Origin: a virus
Taxonomy: Duplodnaviria; Caudoviricetes
DNA: 49,097 nt
IMG/VR virus record: IMGVR_UViG_3300038393_003167
Span: 1 to 49,097 of that record
Strand: one strand, 5' to 3'
Shown here: in pieces, positions 16,818 to 27,634 of the stretch
Position numbering within the stretch: the first letter of the stretch is position 1
How the letters are laid out: each line of letters opens with the position of its first letter
The notes under the pieces: model-generated
Seen by the model: the letters and a program-made list of their open reading frames with translations, nothing else
Databases searched by the model: none
Told to the model about the DNA's origin: nothing
Made by a program: the position numbers and the translations under genes

Positions 16818-18536
16818 ATGGACTGGACGACGGCCTGCCCGGATTGGGAACGGCGGATCGTCGCCCGCGAGTCGCTCATACCTTTCGCGCCGCTCTTTCA
16901 GGCAGAGGCCGATGCGGCGCTGGCGGTCTTCAAATCGTTGAAGATCGTCGATCTGCCTGGGCAGCCGACGTTCGGTGAAGCGTGTGACCAATGGGTGTTT
17001 GATTTCGTTGCGACCATCTTCGGCGCTTACAACCACAAGGTCGCAACCCGACTGATCACAGAGTTCCTGCTGCTGATCAGCAAGAAGAACGGCAAGTCGA
17101 CCTTGGCGGCCGGGATCATGGTGACGGCGCTGATCCGCAACTGGCGGTATTATGCGCTGCTCTCGATCCTCGCGCCGACCATCACCATTGCTAACAATAG
17201 CTTCGGCCCAGCCGCCGGCATGGTGCGCGCCGACCCGGAGCTGACCGAGCTGCTGCACGTCGTCGACCACGAGCGCAAGATCAAGCATCGCGTCACCCAG
17301 GCCGAGCTGAAGGTGTTGGCGGCCGATACCGACGTGGTTGGCGGAGCAAAGGCCGGCTTCATCCTTGTGGATGAGCTGTGGCTGTTCGGGAAGCAGGCTA
17401 AATCGGCGGCGATGCTCCGCGAGGCCACCGGCGGACTGATCACGAGGCGCGAAGGCTTCGTGATCTACCTGACAACACACAGCGACGAAGCGCCCGCTGG
17501 CGTGTTCAAAGAGAAGCTCAATTACGCGAGGGGCGTGCGAGATGGCGAGATCGCCGATCCGTCATTCCTGCCCCTGCTCTATGAATGGCCGGAAGCGCTG
17601 ATCGAGTCAGAGGCGTATCTCGACCCTGCCAACTTCTACGTCACTAACCCCGCTCTCGGCCGCGCGTTCGATCAAGAATGGCTGGAGCGGGAGCTTGTCA
17701 AAGAACAGGCCGGCGAAGGCGAAGGCCTGCAACTCTTTCTAGCGAAGCACTTGAATGTTGAAATCGGTCTCCGGCTGAGACGGGACCGCTGGCGAGGCGC
17801 CGACCATTGGGAAGGCGCGCTGGAAACCGGCCTGACGCTGGAAAGCCTGATCGAACGCAGCGAAGTCGCGGTGGTCGGGATCGACGGCGGCGGCCTGGAC
17901 GATTTGCTCGGCCTGGCGGTGATCGGCCGCGATCGTGAGACAAAGCGCTGGCTGCTGTGGGCGCACGCCTGGGCGCAGCGGGATGTGCTAGATCTGCGAA
18001 AGGACATCGCGTCGCTCCTGCTCGGCTTCGAGAAGGCGGGCGAGCTGACCTTCTGCGATCTCGCAGAAGATGACGATGCCGGCGGCATTGACGTGCCGGA
18101 CGATATCGCCGGCGTAGTGAACGTCGTCGTGCAGTTGCGCGACGCTGGGTTGCTGCCGGAGGCGGACGCGATCGGCTGCGATCCAGCCGGAATCACGCCA
18201 ATCATCGACGCCCTGGCGGATGCCGAAATCGAAGATCGGCAGATGAAAGCCGTGACGCAGGGCTTCCGGCTGATGCCAGCGATCAAAGGAATGGAGCGGC
18301 GGCTCAAGAGCAAGACGCTCCGCCATGGCGGCCAAGGGCTTCTTACGTGGTGCGTATCGAACGCCAAAGCTGAACTGAAAGGCAATGCGGTGATGATCAC
18401 GAAGTCGCAGGCCGGTTCGGCCAAGATCGACCCGCTGATCGCCGCCTTCAATGCGGTTCAGCTGATGAGCCGGAATCCGGTGAGCGGTGCGGTGGATATC
18501 GCCGGCTTTCTAGCCGCAGGGGCGATGTACGCATGA
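16818..18536 (+). CDS. terL: Terminase large subunit
   Basis: ISKKNGKST Walker A, LVDELW Walker [18 protein letters not shown]. Confidence 0.95.
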   Translation: MDWTTACPDWERRIVARESLIPFAPLFQAEADAALAVFKSLKIVDLPGQPTFGEACDQWVFDFVATIFGAYNHKVATRLITEFLLLISKKNGKSTLAAGIMVTALIRNWRYYALLSILAPTITIANNSFGPAAGMVRADPELTELLHVVDHERKIKHRVTQAELKVLAADTDVVGGAKAGFILVDELWLFGKQAKSAAMLREATGGLITRREGFVIYLTTHSDEAPAGVFKEKLNYARGVRDGEIADPSFLPLLYEWPEALIESEAYLDPANFYVTNPALGRAFDQEWLERELVKEQAGEGEGLQLFLAKHLNVEIGLRLRRDRWRGADHWEGALETGLTLESLIERSEVAVVGIDGGGLDDLLGLAVIGRDRETKRWLLWAHAWAQRDVLDLRKDIASLLLGFEKAGELTFCDLAEDDDAGGIDVPDDIAGVVNVVVQLRDAGLLPEADAIGCDPAGITPIIDALADAEIEDRQMKAVTQGFRLMPAIKGMERRLKSKTLRHGGQGLLTWCVSNAKAELKGNAVMITKSQAGSAKIDPLIAAFNAVQLMSRNPVSGAVDIAGFLAAGAMYA

Positions 18537-19888
18537 GCGTTTACACCGTCATCACAGGCTGGATGCAGTCGATTGGGCTTGGTGGTCCCGCAAAGCTCGA
18601 CGGCACCTCACAGGACATCCAGCACAATATCGCGTTCGGCAGCGGCGGCACCTACGCGCAGAAGCGCGTCACCGCCGAAACGGCGATGTCGCTGTCAACC
18701 GCCTGGGCTTCGGTGCGCCTAAATGCGCGCACGATCGCCTCTTGCGGTCGCCGCCTCTACAGGCGCACGTCGACCTTGCAGCGCGAGCTGGCCGAAGAAC
18801 ACAGCCTGCATCGGGTGCTGGCGATCAGCCCGAACCCGGATCAGACGCCCATGGAGTTCTGGGAAGGGCAAGTCACCGCCCTAAACCTGAGGGGCAACGC
18901 CTACGCCCGCATCGGACGGCGCGGGGATGGTCAGGTGGTAGCGCTCTGGCCGATGTCACCCGATGTTGTCTCGGTATTCCGCGCGTCAAATGGCGAGCGC
19001 CGGTATCGGCTAAACGGCAGCGAAGAACTGCCAGCGAGCGAAGTGTTCCACCTGCGCGGGTTTGGCGCGGGCGGTGACCTTGGCTTGTCGCCGATCCAGT
19101 TTGGCCGGCAAACGATCGCCACGGCACTGGCAGCAGAGGAAGTAGCCGGCACCACGTTTTCGTCCGGCCTTCAGGTGGCCGGCTTCGTCGAAATGGCGAC
19201 CGGCACGCGGCTTGATGCCGATCAGCGCAAGCAGCTGGTCGAGATGTTCGAGCGCTTCTCCGGCTCCTCGCGAGCTGGCAAGGTCATGCCGTTGGACTCC
19301 GGCATGAAATTCGCGCCGCTGAAGATGAGCCCGGAAGACGCCCAGCTGCTCGAAACCAGGCGCTTTTCGGTCGAGGAAATCTGCCGTTGGTTTGGTGTGT
19401 TCCCGATCCTGATTGGCCATGCCTCGCAAGGTCAGACGATGTGGGGCTCTGGCATTGAGCAAATCGTGCTGGCGTGGCTGACGCTGGGTCTCGGCACAGA
19501 GCTGGAACGCATCGAGCAGGCGATCGAAAAGCAATTGCTGCTGCCGGCCGAGCAGGGACGCTTCTACGTGCAGCACAACGTCGAGAGCCTGTTGCGGGCC
19601 GACAGCACAGCGCGTGCCGCGCTTTATTCGTCCATGGGCCAGAATGGCGTCATGAAACGAAACGAGATGCGGGCGAAGGAAAACCTGCCACCTGACGCCA
19701 GTCCGGGCGCCGATATGCTGACCGTTCAGTCCAACCTGATCACGCTTGATCAGCTGGGCAAAGCGCCCACGCAACCCGCCGACCAGCTGCGCTCGGCAAT
19801 GCTCAACCTGTTGTTCGGAGGCGACATCACAGCCGCCTTGGCCAAGCTGGAGACTTCGCGAAATGACGTCACTTCTCACGAAGAATAG
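18533..19888 (+). CDS. HK97-family portal protein
   Basis: [50 protein letters not shown]. Confidence 0.95.
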   Translation: MSVYTVITGWMQSIGLGGPAKLDGTSQDIQHNIAFGSGGTYAQKRVTAETAMSLSTAWASVRLNARTIASCGRRLYRRTSTLQRELAEEHSLHRVLAISPNPDQTPMEFWEGQVTALNLRGNAYARIGRRGDGQVVALWPMSPDVVSVFRASNGERRYRLNGSEELPASEVFHLRGFGAGGDLGLSPIQFGRQTIATALAAEEVAGTTFSSGLQVAGFVEMATGTRLDADQRKQLVEMFERFSGSSRAGKVMPLDSGMKFAPLKMSPEDAQLLETRRFSVEEICRWFGVFPILIGHASQGQTMWGSGIEQIVLAWLTLGLGTELERIEQAIEKQLLLPAEQGRFYVQHNVESLLRADSTARAALYSSMGQNGVMKRNEMRAKENLPPDASPGADMLTVQSNLITLDQLGKAPTQPADQLRSAMLNLLFGGDITAALAKLETSRNDVTSHEE

Positions 19889-20528
19889 CGGCATCGCCCT
19901 CGAAGCGAAGGCCATCAATGAGGACGGCACCTTTGAAGGCTATGGCTCCATATTCGGCAATGTCGACAGCTATGGCGAAGTCGTCGAGCCCGGCGCCTTC
20001 TCCGCTTCCCTCGTGGACAGCCGGCGCAAGGGCAACAGCGTCAAGATGCTGTGGCAGCACGATCCCAGCCAGCCCATCGGCGTCTGGACCGATCTCGCGG
20101 AAGACAGCAAAGGCCTCTACGTCAAAGGCCGTCTTCTGAAGGACACGGTTCCGCAGGCGGCCGCCGCATATGCGCTGCTCAAGGAAAGCGCGCTGGACGG
20201 TCTCTCGATCGGCTACCGCGTGGTTGAGGCGGCCCCGCATCCTGACAAGCAGGGCATCCTGTCCCTGAAAAAGCTTCAGCTGAAAGAAGTCAGCGTCGTA
20301 ACTTTCGCCGCGAACGACCGCGCGCGGGTGACCGACGTCAAGCACATGATCGCCGCCGGCCTGCTGCCGACCGTGCGTGAGTTCGAGGAGTTCCTGCGGG
20401 ATGCAGGCGGCTTCTCCAAGTCCGTGGCTGCGGCAATCGCGGCCAAGGCAACGCCGCATCTTCGGGGGGAGCCCGAGGCGAAGGCGGACGATACCTGGAG
20501 CCGCTTTCTAAGCGCATTCCGGGCCTGA
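19863..20528 (+). CDS. HK97-family prohead protease
   Basis: FEGYGSIFGNVD, MLWQHD, GLSIGY, EVSVVTFAAN. Confidence 0.95.
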   Translation: MTSLLTKNSGIALEAKAINEDGTFEGYGSIFGNVDSYGEVVEPGAFSASLVDSRRKGNSVKMLWQHDPSQPIGVWTDLAEDSKGLYVKGRLLKDTVPQAAAAYALLKESALDGLSIGYRVVEAAPHPDKQGILSLKKLQLKEVSVVTFAANDRARVTDVKHMIAAGLLPTVREFEEFLRDAGGFSKSVAAAIAAKATPHLRGEPEAKADDTWSRFLSAFRA

Positions 20529-20552
20529 TCCACTCCACCAAGGGAAGTCACC

Positions 20553-21860
20553 ATGACGATCAAGATCAACGCCGCCACTGCGGCGCTCATTGGCATGTCC
20601 GCGCTCGGCGGCATGACCGCGACCGAACGGTCCAAAGGCCGTTATATGCGCGACGGCACCGGCCATCCGCAGGGCGGCGCGACGCTCACGCCCGAACAGC
20701 TTGCCAAGCAGGTTAACGACGCCTTGGACGCGGTGAAGAAGATCGCCGACGGCGCCGAAACTGAGGTCAAGCGCCTGGGCGGGCTGACGGACGAAACGAA
20801 AAAGGCCGCCGACGCCGCGCTGCTCAAGTTCAACGTTCTCGATGAGCTGAAGGCTCGCGTCGACGATATGGAGCAGAAGATGACGCGCCCCGGCGGCGCC
20901 GGCCTGGGCGACGAAGTGAAGAGCTTCGGCGTGCAGGTCAGCGAGAGCGACGCGATCAAGCTGCTTGCCCGCAAGGAAGCACCGTCCGCCCGTATCGAGC
21001 TGAAGGCGATCACGACCGCCAACAACTCGGCCGGCGGCTTCATCGTTTCTCAGCGCGAGAATGAAGTGGTCGCTCTCCCGAAGCGGCCCGATATCATCAT
21101 GCGCGATCTGCTGACCGTGATGCCGATCGATACGGGCTCGGTCGACTATCCCAAGCAGGTGACCCGCACGAACGCTGCGGCGCCCGCTGCGGAAGGCACC
21201 GCGAAGCCATACAGCAACTATGGCTGGACTCGCGCGACCGCCCCGGTGCGGACGATCGCGCACCTCGCGAAGCTGACCCGCCAAGCACTCGATGACGCGC
21301 CGCGTCTGCAAGCCGAAGTCGACTCCGAAATGCGCTATGGCCTCGCATTGGCCGAAGACGGCCAGATCCTGCTGGGCGATGGCACGGGCGAGAACCTGCT
21401 AGGTCTCTATCCGCAGGCCACCGCCTACGTCGCCCCGGCAGGGATCGACATTGCCGCCCCGAACAAGATCGACAAGCTGCGCCTCGCACTGCTGCAAGCA
21501 TCGCTTGGTCTGTATCCGGCGGACGCGATCGTTCTGCACGAGACCGATTGGACCGATATCGAGCTGACGAAGGATGCCAACGGCCGGTATATCTTCGCCA
21601 ACCCGACGGGAGTTGCAGGGCCGCTGCTGTGGGGCAAGCGGGTGCACTCGACGGTCTCCATGTCGCAGGGCAACTTCCTTGTCGGCGCCTTCAAGGTCGC
21701 GGCCACCCTGTATGATCGCCTCAAGCCCGAGGTGCTGATCTCCAGCGAAAACGCCGATGATTTCGAGAAGAACCTTCTCACCATGCGGTGTGAAGAGCGT
21801 CTCGGCCTCGCGGTGAAGCGCCCTGCGGCGCTGATCAAGGGTCCGTTCGCCAACGCGTAA
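20553..21860 (+). CDS. HK97-fold major capsid protein
   Basis: Coiled-coil delta domain, AGGFIV, EGTAKP, GDGTGENLLGL, KDANGRYI, FEKNLLTMRCEER. Confidence 0.95.
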   Translation: MTIKINAATAALIGMSALGGMTATERSKGRYMRDGTGHPQGGATLTPEQLAKQVNDALDAVKKIADGAETEVKRLGGLTDETKKAADAALLKFNVLDELKARVDDMEQKMTRPGGAGLGDEVKSFGVQVSESDAIKLLARKEAPSARIELKAITTANNSAGGFIVSQRENEVVALPKRPDIIMRDLLTVMPIDTGSVDYPKQVTRTNAAAPAAEGTAKPYSNYGWTRATAPVRTIAHLAKLTRQALDDAPRLQAEVDSEMRYGLALAEDGQILLGDGTGENLLGLYPQATAYVAPAGIDIAAPNKIDKLRLALLQASLGLYPADAIVLHETDWTDIELTKDANGRYIFANPTGVAGPLLWGKRVHSTVSMSQGNFLVGAFKVAATLYDRLKPEVLISSENADDFEKNLLTMRCEERLGLAVKRPAALIKGPFANA

Positions 21861-21921
21861 CGGCAATGACGGGCAGGTTCATCTTGCCCGTCGCAACCCC
21901 GCCACCATTCGGAGAACCGAG

Positions 21922-22125
21922 ATGAAGACGTTCCATGTTCTGGAGCCGCACCTTGCCGGCACCAGCCACTACAAACCGGGCGACAAGCGCGAAGCCGACG
22001 AAAACGAGGTCAAGCACCTGCTCGATCTCGGCGTGCTGAGCGAAAAAGCGCCGGCTGCCGCAAAGGCCGAGAAGGCGGCGGCCAACAAAGGCGAGAAAGC
22101 GCCTGAGAACAAGGCGGACGCCTGA
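21922..22125 (+). CDS. Small capsid-associated protein
   Basis: GGAGA SD; YKPGDKRE..LLDLGVL..APENK, typical of the post-capsid gene. Confidence 0.75.
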   Translation: MKTFHVLEPHLAGTSHYKPGDKREADENEVKHLLDLGVLSEKAPAAAKAEKAAANKGEKAPENKADA

Positions 22126-22136
22126 TTTCCCCGACC

Positions 22137-22167
22137 TGAGGGCGGCAGATCAGCCGCCCTCACTTTT
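22137..22167 (+). terminator. Hairpin/terminator after the capsid genes
   Basis: TGAGGGCGGC-AGATCA-GCCGCCCTCA then CTTTT. Confidence 0.6.
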
Positions 22168-22181
22168 GAGAGTCCTGCACC

Positions 22182-22583
22182 ATGATGCACTTTTCCGATG
22201 CGGTTCGGAATGCGCTCCTCGACGCCATCGAGGCGGCGGTTGGCGTGTCGCCGATCCTGAAGCTTCGCGCTGGCCCTTCGCCGGCAGATGGCAATGTGGC
22301 GTCCACGGGCACGGTCATCGCGACCATGAATCTGCCCGCCGACTGGATGGCCGCTGCCTCTGGCGGCTCCAAGTCGATGCTCGGCACGTGGCAGGACTTG
22401 TCCGCCGATGCGGCCGGCACGATCGGCCATTACGAGCTGTGCAAGAGCGACGGCACGCCCGAGATCCGGGGCAGCGTCACGCTGACGGGCGGCGGCGGCG
22501 ACATCACGCTGGACGCCGTCACGCTCAACCTGGGCCAGTCCGTCAGCATCACCAGCTTCACGCTGGTTGCGCCGAACGCCTGA
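22182..22583 (+). CDS. Beta-rich virion structural protein (fibre base/decoration-like)
   Basis: VRNALLDAI..ADAAGTIGHY..GSVTLTGGGGDITLD..GQSVSITSFT. Confidence 0.65.
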   Translation: MMHFSDAVRNALLDAIEAAVGVSPILKLRAGPSPADGNVASTGTVIATMNLPADWMAAASGGSKSMLGTWQDLSADAAGTIGHYELCKSDGTPEIRGSVTLTGGGGDITLDAVTLNLGQSVSITSFTLVAPNA

Positions 22584-22619
22584 TCCACTCTCGCTTCCAG
22601 CCCAGCAGGTTCGCCGCCC

Positions 22620-25562
22620 ATGCCGTCGATCATCAGCGCTCTGGTTATCCTTGCGGCCAACGGCCTTCAGGCCGCAGCAGCCGACGGGGCAGATGCAGCC
22701 GATACCAATGGCTGGGCGGCGCGGGCGACGTTTGCGGACGATGGTGCATCCACATTCGAGCCGGCCAACATTATCCTGCAAGTCCAGGACTATGGCCACG
22801 ATGCGGCCGGCAACCTCTTGGCGCCGGGCCTTGGCGGTCCGGTTCGGACCGTTACCGGCAGGAAAGTCCTGCGCAGGCAGTGGGCCAATCAGCTCCAGCG
22901 ATTGAACAGCGCTCCCGGCGGTGTTGGCACCACCCGCACGGTCTATTTCTCGCTGTCCGACGTGATCTATCAGAACTCGGTCGTAACCGCTTCGGCCGTG
23001 CTGGGCTATTATGGAGCGGCGGCGGCCGGGTCGATCGACAACGTCACAAACAGCTCGCAACGCGTCTACCCGAAACCGACCTTCGCGTGGCTGAATGCCC
23101 AGCATGATCGTGCAACGGCTGCCAACCTCTACGTCGAAGCGGTCGCCTATCATCGCTGGGCTCGCAATGGCCGTCAGGTCGCCTGCATCAAGTATCAGGC
23201 TCAGGATGCCCAAGCGACGCCGAACCTGACACCCGAAGTCACGGTCTCCGCGCCCACGCTGTCGACGCTGTGCAAGCAGGGTCAAGTCCCCGAGTGCTTC
23301 GCCGCCAATCTGGCACAGGCAGCGCTGACAAACGGTGATCTCTGCCGCGTCAATGCGAAGGTATATCCTTGGCTCGGCGATGCCTCGGCGGTGCTCAACC
23401 TGCTCACGGACGGTGTCGCGGTCACCGGCAACTGGTCGCAGGCCGACCTTCAGACGCCGCTCCGCTTCGTATGCGACCGCACCGGAGCTTATGGCGGAGC
23501 TATCGCCTATGTTCGACCGACCGGGACGCTGGCGGGCACCAGCACGGCGGGCGTGTTCACGGCCCCTCAGACCGGTCTCACCGACGCGCAGTGCTATGCT
23601 GCCGTTTCCGCCGCTGCGCAGGCGATCGAAACGTGGAGCGGCGTGAACAAGGGGCATGCCGACGTTGGCGGCCACACGGCCTATCTCACCGATGACGGCG
23701 CGGGCGGGCCCACGAACTTCGTCGCGCTTAATCACAGCCGCACTGCGGGCAAATGCTGGTTTGACATCCGCCGCGACCCGAACGCGGTCGGCGCGACCAC
23801 AGTCACGCTCAGCACCACCCAGAGCATCGGCAGCCTCACCCGCATTTCGCATAACTTGGCGCACACCGCGCTGAACGGAATCGACGGCGCAAACAGCGCT
23901 GGGCGCATCCTCGGCTTCGAGGATATGACTATCGATCAGACGGGCTCGCCCGCGACCCCGACCGCCTATCGCACGCCGCTCGTGGTCGCGCGCAACCTGA
24001 CCGTCATCAATCCGCGCGGCGACTTCTGGGCGGGGTTCAACGGCACCGATCAGACGCGCTTCAGCCTGATCCTGGGCGCGATCGTCGATCAGATCGCGAC
24101 GAACTGCATCGTCGCCCGTGGCAACGCGGTCATCGGCGGCCGCTTCCGGCAAACGTCCATAACGATGGGCGTCGACAAGTTTATCATCGCCAACAACCGC
24201 TTCCAGAAGATCGTCGACAATGTCCTGAAGGAGCTTGGCAACCAGCCGCTGACTTCCTTCGCGATCGTGCAGAACGTGTGGGAAGCCGCGCGTCCGACCA
24301 ACGCTGGCGCGCTGCTGAGCATCAGCGCCGACAATATCATCCAGGGACTGGATGGTGGCGTCATGATGTACAATGTGTTCCCCGACACGGGGCGCACGGG
24401 CCGCGTCAATATCGGCTATGTCGATGATCAGAATACCGGAACCGGTGGGACCGCCGCTGGCGTCATCAAGCGCATTCATCTGCGCTATAACATCTTCGGC
24501 CAGCTCAACACCAAGTCCGACACCTTCGCGAGCGGCAGCCAAGGCGGCAGCGCCGCGAACACGGGGCGGACCGGTAATTGGTCAATCCGCTATCACGTCG
24601 GCGACGAAGGCAACGTCGTCTATTCGAGCAACCAGACCGGCGACATCGCGCCTGATGAAAACGGGGGTAGCTGGCTCGGCGAGCAGTGGAACCCGTCGAA
24701 CGTCTTTCATCAGGCGGTCACATACACGAACCCGCAGTCGAGCGAAGGTGGCGCGGGTCTCGGCGATTACACCCTCGCTGGCTCTTCGAACCCCGCCTAT
24801 GATCGCGTCCCGGCGGGCATGGCGGCGCTCACCTATGACCTAAATGCCGTGCTGCGCAGGAATGACGGCACGGGTGCAGCGGGCCCCTATGAACGCACCG
24901 ACAATGCTCCTGTCGCAGGAGCGGGGGGCGGCACGATCGGCAACGTCGGCGAGACCGGCGCGGGCAAGGTTCCGGTCCAAGGCGGCGGCGGCGGCACGCT
25001 GGGCCAAGTCGGCGAGAGCGGGACCGGCGGCGCGCCTCCAGCTGCCGGCGGCGGGGGCGGCACGATCGGGAACGTGGGCGGTGGCGGTGCCGGCGCGGTC
25101 ACTGACAGGCCGATCACGGCCAAGGGCGACATCATCGCGAGCGCGCAGCGTGTGCTGGCGGTGCAGCCCGTCCCTGCCGGCAGCAGCGCGTCGCTGGCGT
25201 TGCCGCTGAACGCTTCGGTGTGGACGGCGCCCTATGATCCGTCGGACCGCGTGCCCTTCGCGATCGACTGGTCAGCGTTGCTGGCGGAAGGCGAAACGAT
25301 CGAGCAAATCGACAAGATCACGATGTCGGCTCAGGGCGTCAGTCTCGGTATCCGCGTCGACTCCGATCCGGGCCGCGAGCCGATCATTTCGACCGACGGC
25401 AAGAGGACGCAGATCTGGCTTCGCTGCGATGCGGCGTTCCAGAGCAACGCGGCCTTCGCCGGCTCCGGCGTCCAGGTCGGCATCGCGCAGCTGATCCGCA
25501 CCGATGCCGACCCCTACAAGCAATATGAGCGGACGGCCGTCGTCAACGTGAGGCAGCAATGA
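22620..25562 (+). CDS. 980-aa beta-helix (pectin-lyase-like) protein with Gly-rich linker and C-terminal phage adaptor-like domain; putative head fibre
   Basis: Asn-ladder repeats, DYTL..SNPAYD..DLNAVLR..AGPYE cap motif, three GGGTIGNVG repeats, YDPSDRVPFAIDWSALL. Confidence 0.6.
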   Translation: MPSIISALVILAANGLQAAAADGADAADTNGWAARATFADDGASTFEPANIILQVQDYGHDAAGNLLAPGLGGPVRTVTGRKVLRRQWANQLQRLNSAPGGVGTTRTVYFSLSDVIYQNSVVTASAVLGYYGAAAAGSIDNVTNSSQRVYPKPTFAWLNAQHDRATAANLYVEAVAYHRWARNGRQVACIKYQAQDAQATPNLTPEVTVSAPTLSTLCKQGQVPECFAANLAQAALTNGDLCRVNAKVYPWLGDASAVLNLLTDGVAVTGNWSQADLQTPLRFVCDRTGAYGGAIAYVRPTGTLAGTSTAGVFTAPQTGLTDAQCYAAVSAAAQAIETWSGVNKGHADVGGHTAYLTDDGAGGPTNFVALNHSRTAGKCWFDIRRDPNAVGATTVTLSTTQSIGSLTRISHNLAHTALNGIDGANSAGRILGFEDMTIDQTGSPATPTAYRTPLVVARNLTVINPRGDFWAGFNGTDQTRFSLILGAIVDQIATNCIVARGNAVIGGRFRQTSITMGVDKFIIANNRFQKIVDNVLKELGNQPLTSFAIVQNVWEAARPTNAGALLSISADNIIQGLDGGVMMYNVFPDTGRTGRVNIGYVDDQNTGTGGTAAGVIKRIHLRYNIFGQLNTKSDTFASGSQGGSAANTGRTGNWSIRYHVGDEGNVVYSSNQTGDIAPDENGGSWLGEQWNPSNVFHQAVTYTNPQSSEGGAGLGDYTLAGSSNPAYDRVPAGMAALTYDLNAVLRRNDGTGAAGPYERTDNAPVAGAGGGTIGNVGETGAGKVPVQGGGGGTLGQVGESGTGGAPPAAGGGGGTIGNVGGGGAGAVTDRPITAKGDIIASAQRVLAVQPVPAGSSASLALPLNASVWTAPYDPSDRVPFAIDWSALLAEGETIEQIDKITMSAQGVSLGIRVDSDPGREPIISTDGKRTQIWLRCDAAFQSNAAFAGSGVQVGIAQLIRTDADPYKQYERTAVVNVRQQ

Positions 25563-25786
25563 GCGTGATCGACAACGGCCGTCGCGTTCGGCTGACCGTG
25601 CCACGCCTGTTCGATGGCGACGCGGGGGAATCCGAAGGGCTGCTCGCCTTCATCCCGAACGTGACGGTGCGGCCGCGCGGCGCGCGGTTCTGCAAGGAGG
25701 GCGAGCTGGCGGGCCGGCCGGTGCGGCTGACCTTCGTTGCCGAAGACGGCCCGTTCGTCACCTTCCGCTATGAGGATGCCGCGTGA
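25559..25786 (+). CDS. Hypothetical protein
   Basis: ATGA/GTGA-coupled 75-aa ORF. Confidence 0.65.
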   Translation: MSVIDNGRRVRLTVPRLFDGDAGESEGLLAFIPNVTVRPRGARFCKEGELAGRPVRLTFVAEDGPFVTFRYEDAA

Positions 25787-26343
25787 TGGACCTGAACTAT
25801 GAGGCCATCGACGAAATCCTGCCGCTCGACTTCGTGAAGAAGGCGGCGCGGATCGAGCGCGACGATGAAGACGAGTTCATCACGTCGCTGATCCACGCGG
25901 CTGTGTTCCAGATCGAGCGCGAGACCGGCCATCTGTTCGGCGTGCGGGAAGTGATCGAAGCTTTCGCCAGCTTCGGCGCGATCCGCCTGCGCGCATGGCC
26001 TGTGCGCGAGATCACGGGCGTCAGCTTTTATGACGGCGCCAGCGGGCTGACCGTTCTCGATCTGGACGGCCTGCGCGTTATCGGGGGCTCACGGCCCGCC
26101 CGTGTTACACGGCTGCCCGTCCTGTGGCCTGTAGCGGCCTGCCTGCCCGATGCGGTGCAGGTGACGTTCCAGGCAGGCTATGAGCCTGACGAAGTGCCGC
26201 CGACGCTGCGCACCGTCGCGCTCATGATGGTGACCGAATTGTGGGGCCAGCGTGAAAGCTGGACGCCGGGCACGATTTCGGAAGTGCCGCTCAGCCTGGG
26301 CGTGGACCGCATGCTTCAGCCGTTCCGGGTTTACTCGCTGTGA
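25783..26343 (+). CDS. Head-tail connector (gp6-like)
   Basis: LDFVKKAARIE..EDEFITSLIHAA..AGY..VPPTLR..LWGQRE..LQPFRV. Confidence 0.88.
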   Translation: MMDLNYEAIDEILPLDFVKKAARIERDDEDEFITSLIHAAVFQIERETGHLFGVREVIEAFASFGAIRLRAWPVREITGVSFYDGASGLTVLDLDGLRVIGGSRPARVTRLPVLWPVAACLPDAVQVTFQAGYEPDEVPPTLRTVALMMVTELWGQRESWTPGTISEVPLSLGVDRMLQPFRVYSL

Positions 26344-26684
26344 AGCTCGCGGCTGGAACGCTCGACCGGCTGATCCGCATCGAGCGCCCGATCGCGGACG
26401 ACACGCTGGATGGTGCCGGATCGGGCACCTGGCAGCTGGTCGCGCAAGTCAGCGCCCAGGTGCAGGACGTGCTGCCCAGCCGGGGCGAAACCATCGCGCT
26501 CGGCAGCACCATGACGCGGCCCGCGCGCGTGCGGATGCGGTATCGCACGGACATCACGCCGGACATGCGCTTCGTCGATCGCGGACGCGAGCTGTATATC
26601 GTCAGCGGACCCGCCGTGCTGGGCCGCGATGGCGGGCTGGAGTTCGTCGCGGCCGAATATCTGCCGCATGGCGGTAGCGCCTGA
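26340..26684 (+). CDS. Head closure / head-tail adaptor
   Basis: AGTLDRLIRIER..RMRYRTDITPDMRF. Confidence 0.88.
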   Translation: MKLAAGTLDRLIRIERPIADDTLDGAGSGTWQLVAQVSAQVQDVLPSRGETIALGSTMTRPARVRMRYRTDITPDMRFVDRGRELYIVSGPAVLGRDGGLEFVAAEYLPHGGSA

Positions 26685-27220
26685 TGCCGACGGTGAAGGG
26701 GCGGGCGGAGGTCCGTTCGTTCATCGGCTCGCTGCCCGGCCAGATCGAAGCGAAGCTGTTGCGCGGGGCGGCGCGAGCCGCCGCGAACGTCGTTGCCGAC
26801 GAAGTGCGCGAGACGACGCAATCGGACGAAGTCCGAGGCGCGGTCAAGGTCGCCACCAAGCGCGAAGACGGTCGCGTGATCGCCAAGGTGCAGGCCAAGG
26901 GAGAAGGCGCGTGGCTGGCGCCGTGGGAGGAATATGGCACCGCGCCGCACTTCATCAGCGTCGATGACAGCCAGCGTGGCGGTCGCAGCGTCGCGCGGAT
27001 CAACCGCCTCGCCAAGGAACCGGGCAGCAGCCATTCGCTGGTGATCGGCGGGCAGTTCGTCGGGAAAACGGTGTTCCACCCTGGCGCGCGTCCGCATCCG
27101 GTCTTTCGTCCTGCGCTCGACCGGAAAGAGGGCGAGGCGATCAGCGCCGCGCAGTCCTACATCAATGCCCGCGTCACCCCGGCTGGGATCACGGGCCAGC
27201 CCGAGGGCGATGACGAATGA
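26684..27220 (+). CDS. HK97 gp10-like tail completion protein
   Basis: EYGTAPH..HPGARPHPVFRPALD. Confidence 0.88.
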   Translation: MPTVKGRAEVRSFIGSLPGQIEAKLLRGAARAAANVVADEVRETTQSDEVRGAVKVATKREDGRVIAKVQAKGEGAWLAPWEEYGTAPHFISVDDSQRGGRSVARINRLAKEPGSSHSLVIGGQFVGKTVFHPGARPHPVFRPALDRKEGEAISAAQSYINARVTPAGITGQPEGDDE

Positions 27221-27618
27221 CCGGGGTTGATATCGTCGGCGAGCTGCTGCGCGCCAATGCGCCGCTGGTCGCGAAGGTGCCGCTGGCGAACATCAAGGCT
27301 GGCGCGCTGCCGGAAAATGCACCGCTGCCAGCGCTGCTGCTGCGCACCGTCAGCCGTGTCGAGCGGCAGCGCCTGAAGCGCGGCACGATGGTGCGCTATG
27401 TCGAACGCGTGGCCGTCGCGGTGCGCGCGGCGACCTATCGCGAACAGGTCGCCATCATGAAGATGGTGCTGCCGATCTGCGCGGGTTTCACCGGCTCGCT
27501 GGGCACCGCCACCAACATTGCCATCAATTCCGCCGGCACTGGCCCCGACCTGATCGGCCCCGGCAACACCTTCGAGCAGACGCAAGATTTCCGCGTCGGC
27601 TTCGATGACCCCGCGTGA
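27217..27618 (+). CDS. Tail terminator-like protein
   Basis: Position; LPENAPLPA..QDFRVGF. Confidence 0.7.
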   Translation: MTGVDIVGELLRANAPLVAKVPLANIKAGALPENAPLPALLLRTVSRVERQRLKRGTMVRYVERVAVAVRAATYREQVAIMKMVLPICAGFTGSLGTATNIAINSAGTGPDLIGPGNTFEQTQDFRVGFDDPA

Positions 27619-27634
27619 CCAAAGGAGAAGTGAC

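Noticed and set aside
22620-22690. Signal peptide on the 980-aa protein
   Set aside because: No basic n-region and only a short hydrophobic stretch; gene context favours a virion protein.
21969-24542. 857-aa minus-strand ORF
   Set aside because: Antisense shadow of GC-biased structural genes; no motifs.
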